A stretch of 64,000 bases of DNA from Octopus sinensis (GCF_006345805.1 NW_021832127.1:1-64000), one strand, 5' to 3'; counted from the stretch's first letter, positions 1-13,869 are shown. The notes: a model not told the origin generated them from the sequence alone. Program-made: numbers and translations.

Positions 1-172
1 ATAAGATGCGATTTTCTTCGAATCGTTTTCGAAGACAAACACGAGGATTTGGTTCATAAATTTTTCGCGCAAATAATGATTGGATAAGGGAGACTATCTT
101 TATTCATTGCAAAAATAAGGCCAATTTCAATTCCTTCTATGGCAGTAACTAGAAAATAACATACTTTATTTG

Positions 173-300
173 TTTTTTTAATAGAGAACAAATTAAGTTA
201 GGAATGTACAGAGGGGAAACTCTGGGGGGGCTAAAGCACGCACCCTCCTGCGGAAAGTACCGCATACGTGTTGCCACGGAGAATGGCGATGGATATCCGC
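173..300 (-). mobile_element. Ultra-short 3' tail of a CRE-clade LINE
   Basis: The minus strand reads RISIAILRGNTYAVLSAGGCVL*, matching the C-terminus of other CRE copies here (RIGIAILRGNSLSI at ~37700). A short UTR and A-run follow. Confidence 0.75.
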
Positions 301-388
301 TTTATTTGTTATTTTGAGACATATTATTTATTTTAAATTAATTTGAAAAAAAAATTAAAATTATTATCAAATCTGTATCCTTGTTGTG

Positions 389-3300
389 ATGTCGCGTAAT
401 TATAAATATGTCGATGATGATTATTTCGATGACTATCAATATCATTCTCAGTTAGGAAACGAAAGACTCAGTCAATTTTCTATTTATTCTCAAAATGATG
501 GGGATAATCAAATTGTAAGATACATCATATTCATTTATTCTATTTCTACCTAACTAAAAATATTTAGATTGACGATTTAATGTCTCAAAACCTTAATTCT
601 ATGAACTTTGGAGACGAATGTAGTGATTTCAATAAATTACCTCTTCATGCTTGCGCGTAAAGTCTTAATTAATTTGTAAGATATTGTGGAATTCACGATC
701 CAAATAGTGTTGCTTTATGCACACAAAGTCAGAAATGGTTTTGTAATGATCGCGGTTTGACTTCTGGAAGCCATATAATAAATCATTTGGTGAGAGCAAA
801 AACAAAGGAGATAATTCTTCACCAAAACAGTCATTTGGGAGCAATGACAATTGAATGCTATGTTTGTGGATCAAAGAACGTATTTTCTCTCGGATATTTG
901 CCTGGAAAACAGGACAATACTGTCATGATTGTATGTAGGCAGCCATGTGCCTTCCAGGTTAGTAGCAAGGACGTAAATTGGTATTACATTTCGTTGCGAT
1001 TCTAAGGGATTTAAACGAATGGAAGCCAATCATTGAAGATAGACAGTTTGTTTCGTGGCTGTTAAAAGTCCCTGATCCTGAAATTCAGATAAAGGCAAGG
1101 AAGATCACTCCGGTAGAGATTAACAACTTGGAAGAACGATGGAAGGAGAATCCATATGCCACATTAGATGAGGTTAATAACCCTGTAAATGAGGATGTTT
1201 TACAGCATGTTTTAATTAGGTGGTGCTATTATTCTGATAATTTTAGATACAAGGATTCACATCAGTATCAATCAGTTTATAAACCTCTTATAAAGTTGGA
1301 GTCTGAGTATGATAAGAAATTGAGAGAATCACAGACGAATGAAAATGTATCAATTCGGTGGGACATTGGGTTGAATAAAAAACGAATTGCTTATCTTCAT
1401 TTACCAAAGACCAGTGATGGTTAGTTTTTTCGAGGAATTAAAATTTATTTTTCTATGACGTTTAACTAGAAATTCGTATAATGCACGGGGATGAGTTACG
1501 TATGACATATCATAGCGATGTGAGACCTTCGTGGACTACAGTTGGACATGTTATTAAGATTCCTGATAGTAAAAAATATTTATTCACTTTAGACAAAAGC
1601 GACGAGATTGGTATTGAAATAAAGAACGTGTCTGATATAAAGTGTGAAGCAACTCATGGATTATCAGTTGATTACGTCTGGAAATCAACATCATATGACA
1701 GGTTTATTGCAATTTACTGATTACGTAATTAGAATGCAGTATGCTCTTAGACTATTTGCAGTCGATGAGACGTCAGTATCTGCTATTATTTATGACTATT
1801 TGATGGGTCACCGTAGAAGTGACGTATTGATAAAAACACCACTTCCAGAATGTTTTTCTGCGCCAAATTTGCCAGATTTAAATCATTCTCAAATATCAGC
1901 TGTGAAATCAGTCCTTCAGCATCCACTTAGTCTTATTCAGGTCATTAATAGTATTATATTAATCTAGGGTCCTCCTGGTACTGGAAAAACTGTCACGTCT
2001 GCTAGTATTGTCTATCATCTTGCTGAGCAGACTAAGTCTCAGGTTCTCGTCTGTGCACCTTCTAATATTGCTGTGGATCAACTTACAGAGAAAATAGACA
2101 AAACTGGACTTAAAGTATTCTTTTATGATAATGAATAGGTTGTGAGATTGTGTGCCAAAAGTAGAGAAGCAATTGAATCTCCTGTAATTCATTTAGCGTT
2201 GCATAACCAACTAAGAAAACTTTCCAAGTTAGTATTATTAAAATATCGATTTTACATAGTAAACCTGAGCTACAAAAGTTGATAAACCTAAAGGAAGAAG
2301 CTGGTGAATTGTCAAGTAGTGATGAAAATCGTTATAGACAACTCAAACGTCAGTCTGAGCGCGAACTTTTATCTGTAATTACTGACATGTTTATTGGTTT
2401 TAGTACGCCCAAGTTATTTGTTGTACTTGTGTTGGTGCTGGAGATCCTAGATTAAATAAATTTCGTTTTAAATCTGTCGTTATTGATGAAAGCACCCAAG
2501 CAACAGAGGCCGAGTGTATGATGCCAATTGTACATGGCTGTCGACATGTTTTTATTATATGGATATTATTTTCTAGCTCGTTCTCGTAGGAGACCATTCT
2601 CAGTTGGGTCCTGTTGTTATGTCCAAAAAAGCTGCAAAGGCCGGATTTTCGCGATCTCTTTTTGAACGTTTAGTTCTTCTTGATATTCGTCCTATTCGAC
2701 TATTGGTTCAGTATCGTATGCATCCTGCTCTGTCTGCGTTCCCTTCAAATTCTTTTTATGAGGGTTCACTACAGAATGGAGTTACTGCTCGTTTATATAC
2801 TATTTATTTATTGATTAGGCAATCGGGTGTTGCCTACCTCTAATTTTCCATGGCCGAGAACTGACATTCCAATGTTTTTTTATCTCACTTGTGGCCAAGA
2901 AGAGATTGCAAGTTCTGGAACTTCCTTTTTAAACAGGCAAAGAAATTATTTTGATAAGAATTTAGAACTGAGGCTGCTAATGTGGAGAAAGTAGTAAGTA
3001 CAATGCTAAGTGCTGGGACTCATCCCGAACAAATTGGAATTATTACTCCGTACGAGGGACAAAGAGCTTTCATTGTTCACTATATGCAGTTCTCTGGTAA
3101 ACTTAATTCTCGGCTATACCAAGTGAATATTTTATCTAATTTTTTGCAGGAAGTTGAGGTTGCTAGTGTCGACGCCTTTCAAGGAAGAGAAAAGGATTAT
3201 ATCATATTGTCTTGTGTGAGATCGAATGAACACCAAGGAATTGGATTTTTGGAAGATAAACGCCGATTAAATGTTGCACTAACACGGGCCAAGTGTCAAT

Positions 3301-3937
3301 TTTTATGAAATTTTTTAGATATGGACTTATTATTATTGGCAATGCCAGGGTTCTTTCTAAAGTTTGTGTTATTTTTTGAGTAATTTTTAGAATTCTATAT
3401 GGAATGATCTTATTATCTACTTTAAGGAATGTGGTGTTTTAGTTGAAGGCCCATTAAATAATTTGAAAGAGTCTTCTTGCCAGTTTCGCGAATCTTCTTA
3501 TAGAGTAATTATTTTGTTTTATTTATCTATAAGCTGTCAAATTCTTTTGAACCAGATAAAGGTTAGATTTGCCCTTTTATTCTTAAATTTAAAGAATGTA
3601 CCACTCCGATAGATCATTTTTCTTGTATTCCGCAGAGTCAGTCAACGGCTTACAGAATGACATATCCGGTCCCTACTGCCATGTTTTCGAACGATCCTTC
3701 TTTACTGTCTTACATGTCTGATCTACGGGAAGGTGTTAAAGGCGCTGAAAATTAATTATAGAAAATTATGTTCCGCCTTCATATAACAACATTCGATCAA
3801 TGCAGGAAAGAGCATTGACAACAGTTACAAAATCTCCTGTAGTTAATGCACAGCATTTTGGTCACGGTGACAGTCTGAACAGTCCATATATGAATTTGAA
3901 TGATGAGCGTACATACCAAAATTACGTTTCTGTTTAA
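389..3937 (+). CDS. UPF1: Regulator of nonsense transcripts 1 (UPF1 RNA helicase), multi-exon with many 24-49 nt introns
   Basis: CH domain (LPLHACAYCGIHDP...[23 protein letters not shown]; [15 protein letters not shown]), Walker [34 protein letters not shown] and [10 protein letters not shown]. Frames are restored by GT-AG micro-introns. Stop TAA at 3935-3937. Confidence 0.97.
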
Positions 3938-4502
3938 TCTGTAATTTATTAGAGACAGCGTGTTGGTAATAATAAGCGTGGTAAAAGTTCCAGTCAAGAT
4001 AGTAATAATTATGAACCATTGTCCCAAGATTCTATTTACGGTTATAATCCATATCGTTAAGGTTTCAATTGAAAAAAATGGTTTTAATAGTTTTGTTAAT
4101 TTTGTATTTTTAGTACTTGCCTTGGTTTCTCGGGTTTATTAATTCTTCGTACTAACATTTCGGATTTTATTATAATATAAAAATTCTTTTTATTTATTAA
4201 GCTGACTTAGATTTTAACTATTTAGTTTTGCATTTACACAAAGCGAGTCAGCTTTCAGGAAACAAAAAATGTGAATCTAGTTGAGAAATGTAGAAATAGC
4301 TTTGTAGTTCGGTGTCTTAACTACACATACTGCAACTAAATGCATTACGGAAGAAATATTTTATGTGAGTAAAATTCAGTCAAAAGCAAATTTTCTAAAT
4401 TCATTTGTTTTTCTTCTTTTTTACTATACTAAGTTTTTCAATTTAGTCTATTCAAAAAAGTATTAACCATTATATCTTCAATCTAGCTTCTTTCAAAAAC
4501 TT

Positions 4503-4530
4503 TGTGACCGTCCAGAGAATGGACACGCAG
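4503..4530. mobile_element. Solo Ginger-like terminal repeat (TGTGACCGTCC...GAATGGAC)
   Basis: Resembles the 8484 TIR (TGTCACCGTCCAG) and a reverse-oriented end at ~54405-54430. No partner end was found. Confidence 0.4.
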
Positions 4531-5030
4531 CGGAATAAGCAGATAGTGAAATATGATAGTATAGCACTTGTTTTTTAAGTCAATGAAGAACAAAATACTT
4601 TGCCAGTCAGTAAAATTAATGAATGTAATTGTTCGGCGTGTATTTTATTTGGACTGTGACATACTACAATACAATTCGAGAACGTGGGGTCCAAACGATT
4701 AATTTAATTCTTTTTGCTTTACAGACTTCATAACTACTTTGAAAACAGCCGATTTTCATTTCCTATTAGACCATTTTATCATTTTTTGAAAATGAAAGGA
4801 GGCATAATTAGATAATTCTTTTTTATCTTAAAAAAATATTGGGTTTACGACTCAGAATTCATAATTTTTTTAGACCACTAATCTGAGGTTATCTATTTCT
4901 GAAAGCGGTGTACCTTCCAAACTTTTAGAAAATACATAATGGAAAAATAATCAAAGTGGGTATTAACTTTTGAGATGTCAGTATACAGAGACTATTTTTA
5001 TTCCACGTATTTTTTTGTTATTTGATTGTA

Positions 5031-5260
5031 ATGGTTAATCGAAAATGGAATGATACTTATCTCCAATATGGATTTACTTAATATACTGTATCTGACAACG
5101 TTGATAAAGCCTAGTGAATGATGTGCAACGTAATAATAGAAACAACTCTTTGAAGCAGTCAAAATAAAAAAGACAGGGAAAAAACTCACCCAAAAAATTT
5201 TGAAACTGTCGATAGTTTTATTGCAAAGAGAACTAAAAATGATAAATCTCAAAAACATAG
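5031..5260 (+). pseudogene. hAT (Buster/Charlie-like) transposase N-terminal relic
   Basis: MVNRKWNDTYLQYGFT...DKP resembles the BED-finger start of the Buster copies at 47180 and 58810. Contains stops. Confidence 0.55.
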
Positions 5261-5321
5261 CAATTTCGGATTTAGACCAATAGATAAATTATGTCTGCTA
5301 GCTTCATATGAGGTATTAATA

Positions 5322-7265
5322 ATTAGTTAATGCACGTTCGCGTTGCCTGTAAACAAAGTTTATGGTTTCGCTTGTGCCATGTTTTTAACTATTCTTGTCG
5401 TTAGTCCCTTCCATCCCTTCCGTCGTCTTGCCCTCTTTCCGATTTCGTCCAGATCGTCTGCATCCATCAATCGGCCTCCGATCATAGCATATTCCTTTGT
5501 AAGTATTCCCGGAAGACAGTCTCTTGGACGTCCTCTATATTTAGAGTATTCAGTATGGCCGAAAAATTCTTCCATGGCCATGTTGCATGGTGTTTCTTTC
5601 TTCATTCGTAAAATATGTCCAAACAGGCGCCAGCGGGTTTCAAGTATATTTAGACTTATAGGCCCACAGTTAGCTAACCTGTATAATTTATCATTTGATA
5701 TTTTCTTCGGCCACGAATAGCCGAGGAGTTTTCTCAGTTGACCCCTGTGGAAAGAGTCAAGTTGCTCCATGTTTTTCTCTGATGTTCCCCAAGTACCTGC
5801 GTTGTGCATGAGGACAGGTCGGACAAATGCATCATATAATCGTAGGCGCATCTTAGTCGAAATTTGGTTTTTTCTCATCCAGATGGATTGAAGTTTTTTA
5901 AGTGCAATTGTTGATAATATTTTTCGTCTGGTAATATCTTCGGAATCGCCAAGAAGAGATCCGAGTTTTCGGACGTTTTGCCACTTCTCATCTATGCGAG
6001 TTGGCACACGTTCGACGGTGGTTATTTCGGTTTTCTCTTCATTGACTTTGTGTGACCATTTATCGAAAATTGTTCTTGCTTTCTCCATAATAATTTCTAT
6101 TAATTTCCGATCCTCCGTAATAAAATCAAGATCATCCGCGTATACGAGTTCCATAACTTGGTTGTCCATACATCCAATTTCTAGTCTTAGGTCTCTCAGA
6201 GCTGCCTCCAGATAGACGATAAATAATATAGGCGATAGTGTGTCCCCTTGTGGGGTTCCAACATTTGTAGGAAATAGTCTAGATTCCTTAGGGCCAATTC
6301 TGACAAGAAGTTGAGTTTCCGATAATAGCAGACGTATCATGCGTAGACTGTCTTCATCTACAATGTTCTTTAACACGATAAGTAGTTTGCTCCTGTTGAT
6401 GCTATCAAAAGCTTTGCTCATGTTGATTACCAGGACATGAAAAGATCGTTTATACTTCTGACATATTGCATTGATCCAGCGATAGGTCCAAACAATATCG
6501 GCCGTGGATCTTCCAGGCCTGAAACCACTCTGACTGCAAGAGAGATAACGATCGATTGATCTTGATATTCGGCTTCGAACAATAGTCGATAGAGTTTTCC
6601 TTAGAAAGGTGACTAATACAACCAGTCTCAGGCTTCCACAGGGTCCCCGTCGTTTGCCCGGTTTCTGGACGGGTATTATTATTCCTGTCCCGATTGGAAG
6701 TGGGCAGTGTTGGGCAAACGCCTTGTTCAGCATCTGTGCGAAAAAGCTCGCTAGATTGTTGGGAGCGTATTTGAGTAGTTCCCTTGGGACTTCATCATAT
6801 CCTGTTATTGTTTATACGATGAAATGCTTCCAGGACCTCCGAGGGTGTTATTTCGTTCAATAAGCCTCGCGGATGACCAATGAATGGGGTGTATAAGTGT
6901 CATCTGTTTGGAGTTGTCTCTTGAAGTGGTCGGCAATTCGTGATGCTTTATCTTCATCGTCCAATATCATGTGTTCTGATTCATCCCATATCGATATTTT
7001 GGTATTTCGTGAGCTCGATTAAGTAATCGGGTGGCCATAAATATCTGGTTCCCAGGTGGGAGTCTTTCAATTTCAGTAACTTTATCGTCTAAGTATTTCA
7101 TCCATAGTAGGCGTCCCCTGTCTCTAATTTCATGAAGGAGCCTGTTCCGTTTATTCTTTAGCTTTTTTTGGTTTCCATACCACAGTTTTCGATTCTCAGG
7201 CGGATGTCTCTTTGTTGTTCTGACATCTCTCTCAGTTTTGAGTCATTGTATGTGTAATTGTTTGA
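5322..7265 (-). mobile_element. RTE-clade LINE, 3' half (RT ORF 5360-6733, linker frameshifted)
   Basis: QSGFRPGRST, NMSKAFDSI, GTPQGDTLSP, YADD, KLGSLLG and RWRLFGHILR are typical RTE RT and thumb motifs. Confidence 0.9.
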
Positions 7266-7269
7266 GCGG

Positions 7270-9894
7270 TTACTCCTGTATCCGACTTTTAATATTCGTC
7301 CATGGTAACATACTTATCCGCTTTAAAAATAATTGTTGATGTCACAATTATCCTCACCAAAATTAACGGAATCAATGAATCAATTGCATCTTTAATTGTA
7401 TAAAATTTTTCTTGGCATTTTCTGATTTCATCAATGATAGGGTTGTATGAAGCCATTAACTCTGCCAGATTTTTCTCCAAAATTTCAGAGCTAACAGCAT
7501 TTTTCGCATTCATCACAATCTTTCCACAATTGGATAGGATAAGACAATTTCGCGAACTCTTGAAAGATGTCGACTATAATATTTTGCTGCGTCCAACCAG
7601 CTGCCCCATCTTGTTAGAACAACATCAGGTGGAAGTCCAATAACTGTAAAAAGACTCCTCCGGGAAAGATTTTTTACAATCGACATTTTGATAGACGAGA
7701 TTAAGTCGTCAATTATTTATAATGTGCTCTAATCTTAAATGCACAATGTGCAGAAGATGAGCAAAACAAGTTATATGAATCATTTTAATATACATAACCT
7801 TCAATGTACTCGCTGCTAAAGTCATATAACGGGCAGCATCAGAAATAAATAATAAAAAATTTTCCCTTTTTATATCATAAATTCGAATTGTGTCATCCAC
7901 AATTCTACAAATTGCAGATGCATCACAAATTTCAATTTCCAAACAATTTAATAAATAAATTTTTTCAGGACTTTCAATAGTTCCACAAAGAACGTTACAA
8001 AATTTCTGTTTCGCTGGGAACAGTAAATCCGAGATTATTAAAAAATTAATAAAGTGTTATTTCTTATTTTGTAAAGAGGTATATTCGCCTTCGTCATCAT
8101 TTCGACTAAGCAAATTCCGAAATTTTTCTTTGCTTCAAGTTTCGGAGAGTGTTGAGTTGCGTTTGAAATTTTGTCTGTTCCTTTTTATGCCGGGTAGTTT
8201 CCCTGTGCTGCACCACATTAAACGTTTTCGTAAAATTAACAAAAACTGAGAATTTCAAACAAAATAAACGTCCAGCTGAATCAATCTGAATTCAGACGGG
8301 TATCGTTTAATTATTTTATTTAACTTTTGATTGTTGGATTGCTTTTGTTTCGGCATGTAAAAATCTATAATATTTAAGCGGCCAACTACCAAAACGTGTG
8401 AAAACGTGTTATTGTCAAAATTTAAACAAAGATTAATAAAAATATATGATTTAATAAATTAAATATGACCTAACAAAAAAAAATGTCACCGTCCAGACCG
8501 GTCAGGTCAATTATCTAAATACAACAAATATTTTTCCTACAAAACATTTCATTGCAAACAAATATTGATAATAAAAAAATAAAATCTTATTAATAAAAAA
8601 GTTCTAAAAAGTTGAAAAGATAGCATTAATCAATGGTTTAGTGATTAACTCGAGACACCCTCGAAAAAATTAGGGAGTATTTGGAATCAGGCCACCTTGA
8701 TGATTCCTTGAGTCGGAAGAAAGGGCACGAATACGGAGATATGCCAAAAAATTTTGTTCAAGGAGAACAACACTACATTTCTAAAAATGGCTCAAAGTTG
8801 CGTTTTTTTTGTATCGAAGACACTGAGCTTAAGTTAAAATCATGAAGTAGTGTATTGTTTATTTAAATTAGGCTCAACACAATCTTAATCACTTTGGAGT
8901 GATAAATTGTACAGTTATTTACACTCACCATTTATGGTGTCAGACGTACTGATGTGGCATCTGTGGTATCTAAATGTGTTAGTGTTAGGAAAAGGAAAAA
9001 AGCCCTGAAAATATTGTAAAATCGGGAGAAAAATGAAAAGGTGGAGAAAATGGAATATGATGAAGCTGAAAGTGGGATGAAATTTTAATACGCCATGATG
9101 GGGATGCAAACCCGGTTATAGAAAATACCCATTATACGACGAGATATCTGCACAAAAAAATATTGTGAAAAATAGGGATCGAGAACTCGTAACGATAACT
9201 AATGAAGAGGATGAAAAAGATCAAAGGATACATATTAGCAGAGTAAAAAAACTTTAACTGCAAATATTCATGGGTTCGTTCTGTGTTTTTTCTCGTGCCA
9301 TATTACTTAATTGTGAAATAATTGTGCCATTGTTGAGAATTCGACGCGGCCGAAGGCCGCATAGGGAAAAATATTCACATTGAATCATCCGGCCGTAGGC
9401 CGGATTGTATTTTAGAGTTTTAATGATAAAAATAGAAATTACAACATTTTTAAAAATTAAAAAGGATTTTTCTAATAAACTTTATTGTTGAGAATTGTTT
9501 GGCTAACCTTGGTTAAAGCGTTTTTAAATAAAATGCAAAATCAATTCGGTAATTATCTGGAAATGACTGGATGTTGGTTTTTTATGAACTCAGTAACTTA
9601 ATATTTAGCAAAAATAATATTAAAATCAACAAAAGAATGAACAGAAAAAGAAAATTACTTCCGAAAGGAGTTTTATTAAAAAATTTTACATAACCGATCT
9701 GGCGCCGACCTATCTGACGGTGACAAAAAATATGACCTAAAAAAATAATATGACCTAACGGCATAAATATGACCTATAAGACCTAAAAAAATTAATAAAA
9801 CTATTAAAAAATATAATAATAGTTTATTAATTATAGAAATAACATCAATATGACCAATAAAAAAATATGACTTATATGACTTTTGGTTGCCCTA
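7270..9894 (-). mobile_element. Degraded hAT transposon (TAGGGCAACC terminus at 9894, ATGACC subterminal repeats), other end lost
   Basis: Transposase pieces MMTKANIPLYK and ISDAARYM...HITCFAHLLH. The terminus matches the TIR family of 54951-55983. Confidence 0.7.
8484..9725 (+). mobile_element. Ginger-like DNA transposon, internally deleted, nested in hAT
   Basis: Inverted ends TGTCACCGTC...GACGGTGACA flanked by AAAAA on both sides. Integrase N-terminal relic with an HxxxHxG motif (AQHNLNHFGV) directly after a putative 25-nt intron (gtagtgtattgtttatttaaattag). Confidence 0.7.
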
Positions 9895-10856
9895 GTTATG
9901 AGTTGTTCGATATTATCTTGATATTTCCTCCGTTTCGTGGTATTGTTAATCAATTCCTCCGTAGCGAGCCTTCTTTGTTTTGTATTGGCTGTATAGTTCA
10001 TGGCTATGTTGCCAAATATTTTTTGCATACGTATCCGAGCTACTGTTTTCTGTGGTCGCTATTTGTAGCGGCGCCTCCGTAAGAGCGTGAGTCTATAAGA
10101 GAGTCCTTGTGTGTATTCTGACATAGTATATAATCTATTTGATTATATATTGTGATCTCCTTCCCGCTTCGGTCTTCCTATAGCCAGTCCACGTCGTCTT
10201 ATGCCTGGCAGGATGTTGAAAGGTCGTAATGCAGAGATAGAGATCAAATGCCAGGCAAAACCCAACTAGAGAGTCTCCGGAAGAGTTTCGGTAGCCTCTT
10301 CCATGGCTACCAATGCATATTTCATCATTTTTCTTAATGCCTGCTTGGCATTCCATTCTCCCGTCAGAAATAGGACTGTTGTCTTGTTTAATACGTTGCA
10401 TAATTCTAAAAGGCTTGCGTAAAATTTGTCCAACTCATCAGAAGCAACCAACAGTCTCCCCGTATGGAATGCATACACGTTGATGATGGGAAAATTTTAC
10501 TTCCTTTCGATTTCAGTTTGATTTGAAGAATCGCGATGCGGTTATTAACACTCCAGACTTTGAGTTCCTCTTTTCCAGTGAGGCTCGAACAGCGAATCCC
10601 AATCCGTAGTGTCGGCACTCAGAGTGGAGAAATATAGGCGGTATTTTCCATAAGCTTCATCATTCCCTTCCGCGACCTTCGTCTCTTGAAGACAGCACAC
10701 ATCGACCCCGTAACGGTCTAGGTCGTCGCATAAGGTATTCCGTTTTGACTTCGCTGATAGTCCTCTAACATTAAAAGAAGCAATAGAAAGGCTCGATTGA
10801 ATAGAACATGTTTGAGACATATCAAAGAGAGGCACGTAACCACCTCAACCAATAAA
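9895..10856 (-). mobile_element. RTE-clade LINE, 5' half with APE endonuclease (frameshifted)
   Basis: IASFNVRGL, CCLQETK, LTGEWNAK, FQHPARHKTTW and NQIDYIL...SYGGAATNSDH. Probably the upstream half of the 5322-7265 element. Confidence 0.85.
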
Positions 10857-13548
10857 TTTTTTTTTAGTCTTTATTATATTTCAAATCAAAGAGAAATAGT
10901 CATTGGCAGATAGTCAGAGTATTGTCTCTGACTATTGCTATAGATATTCTTTCGATTAAATACGGTGCTCACACGGGTCGCCGGTAACCCTTTCGATTAA
11001 TGAGGCAATGCGCTGGAATAGGGTCCGAGTAGAAGGCCCCTGTATTCCTGACGTCTCAACAGCCAGGGGGAAAACACTCTCCCATTCCCGATTCCAGCGT
11101 ATTTCTCAGCTTTTCTCTTCTCTGCCCGTTCAGACGGGCTCCAGGATTCTCGATGCATAACTTGATGTTCTGATTGGAAAAGGAGTTCACATACGTGACG
11201 TCCCAAACCAGACACTTTCCCCTCTGAATGTAAATGTGGTCATCCATCGGGTCTTCTGCCGTCCTCTACGAAAATCCCTGCAGGTTCCAATTGTGTGTGG
11301 AATCCAGCAGTTCGAAGAGATCGACAGATGATCTGGTTCAGTTCGCAATGCCGTGAGGAACGTCCAATTCCGTTTCGACATGAGAGGGAGTGATATCTAA
11401 ACTCGTCAGTCCACATGCCGCACCGGCATTGGTGTTTTTCATAGACGCGTAGACCGAGGCGCAGACAAACTCCAATTCTTACGGCTTCATCATTAAGAAG
11501 GCAGCCAGTTGTATTACAAGGGTAACAGTTTAGCCACGCGCCGCTTAGGGGCTGGCTGCCCGCTTGTAAACAAGCCAACCTTCTCTGGTCCATGTTTTCC
11601 TTTAGGCATGAAAACGTATTGGCGTGGACTTTCGACGTCCACTCCGATTGGCAGGTCACATCAGATGGCAATGGCAATCCCAGCTTTTCCCATACGGCGA
11701 CGCAATCATCCACAGCAAATGATTTCCTCTGTTCGTTTATTTGAGAAAGAACAGTGTCGATCATATCTCTGGACGAGAGTACTGAGGAAAAATATGCGCC
11801 GTGCGCTGAATCTGCCGGGGTGATCAAGCCGATCCCTCCCAGGGAAATTGGAAGAGTCGCCTGTCTTCACGACTGCGTATCGAAGCTAACGTTGAGGATG
11901 TCCTCAGTGCAAGCTCTCATATGCTCGGAATAGTCTTCGAGAAGATCTGTTTCCTGATAGCATTGGGCCGTCCTCAAAAGATATGTTAACTTCGGAATAG
12001 ATAGACAGTTCCTCATTAAAAAGAGCCCAATGTGGCTATCCACACAACGTAATTTTTCAGAGAGAAGGGAAAATTCCGAAATTTTAGCCTTCATAACAGC
12101 TTTAATACCACTTTCAAAAATAGGAGATCCAAGAAAAATCAAGTCCTCTTTGAGGGGGAAGGTGCATCCAGGTAGCAGTTTGTCGAATTCGGTCATCCAC
12201 TTACGAAAGGAAAGTTCGTCCGTGTTGACATTCACAATTTCGCATTTGACGCAGTTGAATTCAAGCCCAAGCGCTCCAAAATTAAAAATAAGAGACTTCA
12301 GCGTTTCCAAGATGCCTTCGGGGGTTTCTCCAATTACTCCATCATCCAAATACCACATGTTAAGATCATTTTTACACGATCTCGTTGTTTGGTGAATTGC
12401 GAGGGAGATAATAAAAGAGGACCTAGAGGGTCACCTTGTTGATTCCATTGGCAGAATCAAGTATTGTTGTTCCGAATACAAGCGCGGAAGGCTTGGAGTA
12501 TGCCAAATTTACAATCGGTAGGATGTGCGGAATTTCTTTGGCACAAGCTTCAAGAATACAGTCTCTTCTAACAGAATTGAATGCATTCTTTAAATCGATC
12601 TTGGCCAGAATTTGTGGGAATCCGTGGAAAAAAAACAAACTCACGCAGAACGTGGACCCCGGCCTCAGCGCCTCCTCGGACACCAACTCCGAGCTGTGTT
12701 GGTACGAAGTACGACAGAAGTTCCCCAGAGCTGCCTTGCTTGCTATCTTGGAAGCAATCCTTCGGAAAATGTTTCCGACAGCAATGGGGCGAACTCCGCC
12801 ATCCGCCTTCTTTAGGGCCGTCAAACATGAGGAGAAGATCAGTTCACGGGCAAAAGAGCATAAGTCGCCGGACAGAATCTTGTTAGAGAGTTCGACGATC
12901 TTTTCGAGCAAGGTAGTATTGTTTTCCCCTGAGAGCCGACATATCAAATCACGAACATGCCCAGGCCTTAGGCCATCCACACCGCCAGAGCTGCTGCGGC
13001 GGAAGGATTTCAGGCTATCGGAGACGTCCGCGGCCGAGGCTACTAGTGGCATGACATTAGGGAGGTGGAATTCACGAAAGTCTTCAGGGGCGCTGGGATG
13101 TTTCGCTTTCAATGCAGAAACAGTAGCAGTGCTGTATGGAAGGGTGCCCAGGTCGGAAAATATGGTTCGTACAGCGGCCTTTACGTCTCCTTCCATGAGT
13201 TTTGTCCGTACCAGCCGCCGTATCCTTTCGGCCTCAGATGCCTTTGAAGGCCTTCTTTCAACTTTGTGCGTCCCTTCGGTAGGGGGGCAGAGGACGGACT
13301 CGAAATTGGACATGAATTCAGCGATCTGCGCTTTCAAAACTTTAGCAAGTGATTGCCCATCCCTTTGTTGCTGTATCGGGACGCCCAAAGCGTAGACGGG
13401 AAAGAGGAATAGTTTTGCCCATGAAAGGGCGTCGGAGTGTTTCTTCGTGGCATTTCCAATCAAGGTGGCAAGACTCTCTGCAGCAAGTAGCCTGACTGCC
13501 TTCGGAATCCTGACGGGGATATATCTGCACCGTCGCAAATCGGACAGA
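10857..13548 (-). mobile_element. CRE-clade non-LTR retrotransposon (RT + restriction-like endonuclease), 5' truncated, frameshifted
   Basis: GGVRPIAVG, KIDLKNAFNSV, QQGDPLG, WYLDDG, CRCG...HSLSC, GRRPDG and LVWDVT. The 3' UTR has a perfect hairpin (ATAGTCAGAG/CTCTGACTAT), AATAAA and an A-tail at ~10857. Confidence 0.9.
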
Positions 13549-13869
13549 TAAATAAATAAATTAATAATGAAGAATTTATTTTAGTTTGGAAATCTTAACA
13601 TTTTGTAAATTAAAGAAAAATGATTAATAGTTTTAATAAAAACTATTTTTACTCAAGATGAATTAGAATTTAATTTTATAACAAAAAAAAAGATACAATA
13701 AAATTTTGTTTTTTGTTTCTGTCTAAGCTGTAATTTTTTTAATAGTTTTTACTATTTTTTTATGTTTAACGTTTATAATGGATTTCTGAATTGTTTTTAT
13801 CATGAGCAGAGTATGAAATCTGTAAAGAAATTCAACAAGTTTAATTTTGTCTTCTAAAGATTTCGATCC

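Noticed and set aside
205-300. GC-rich island with several hairpins and a possible pseudoknot, resembling an HDV/twister ribozyme or small RNA upstream of UPF1
   Set aside because: No complete ribozyme topology could be built. The minus strand translates to the CRE C-terminal motif RISIAILRGN, so it is a LINE tail.
4998-5258. Minus-strand hydrophobic ORF with an HH motif (TLC-domain-like)
   Set aside because: It is the antisense of a Buster transposase relic on the plus strand.
12436-13395. Long plus-strand ORF (319 aa), and similar ORFs opposite other RT genes
   Set aside because: These are antisense shadows of GC-rich retrotransposon ORFs with no independent motifs.
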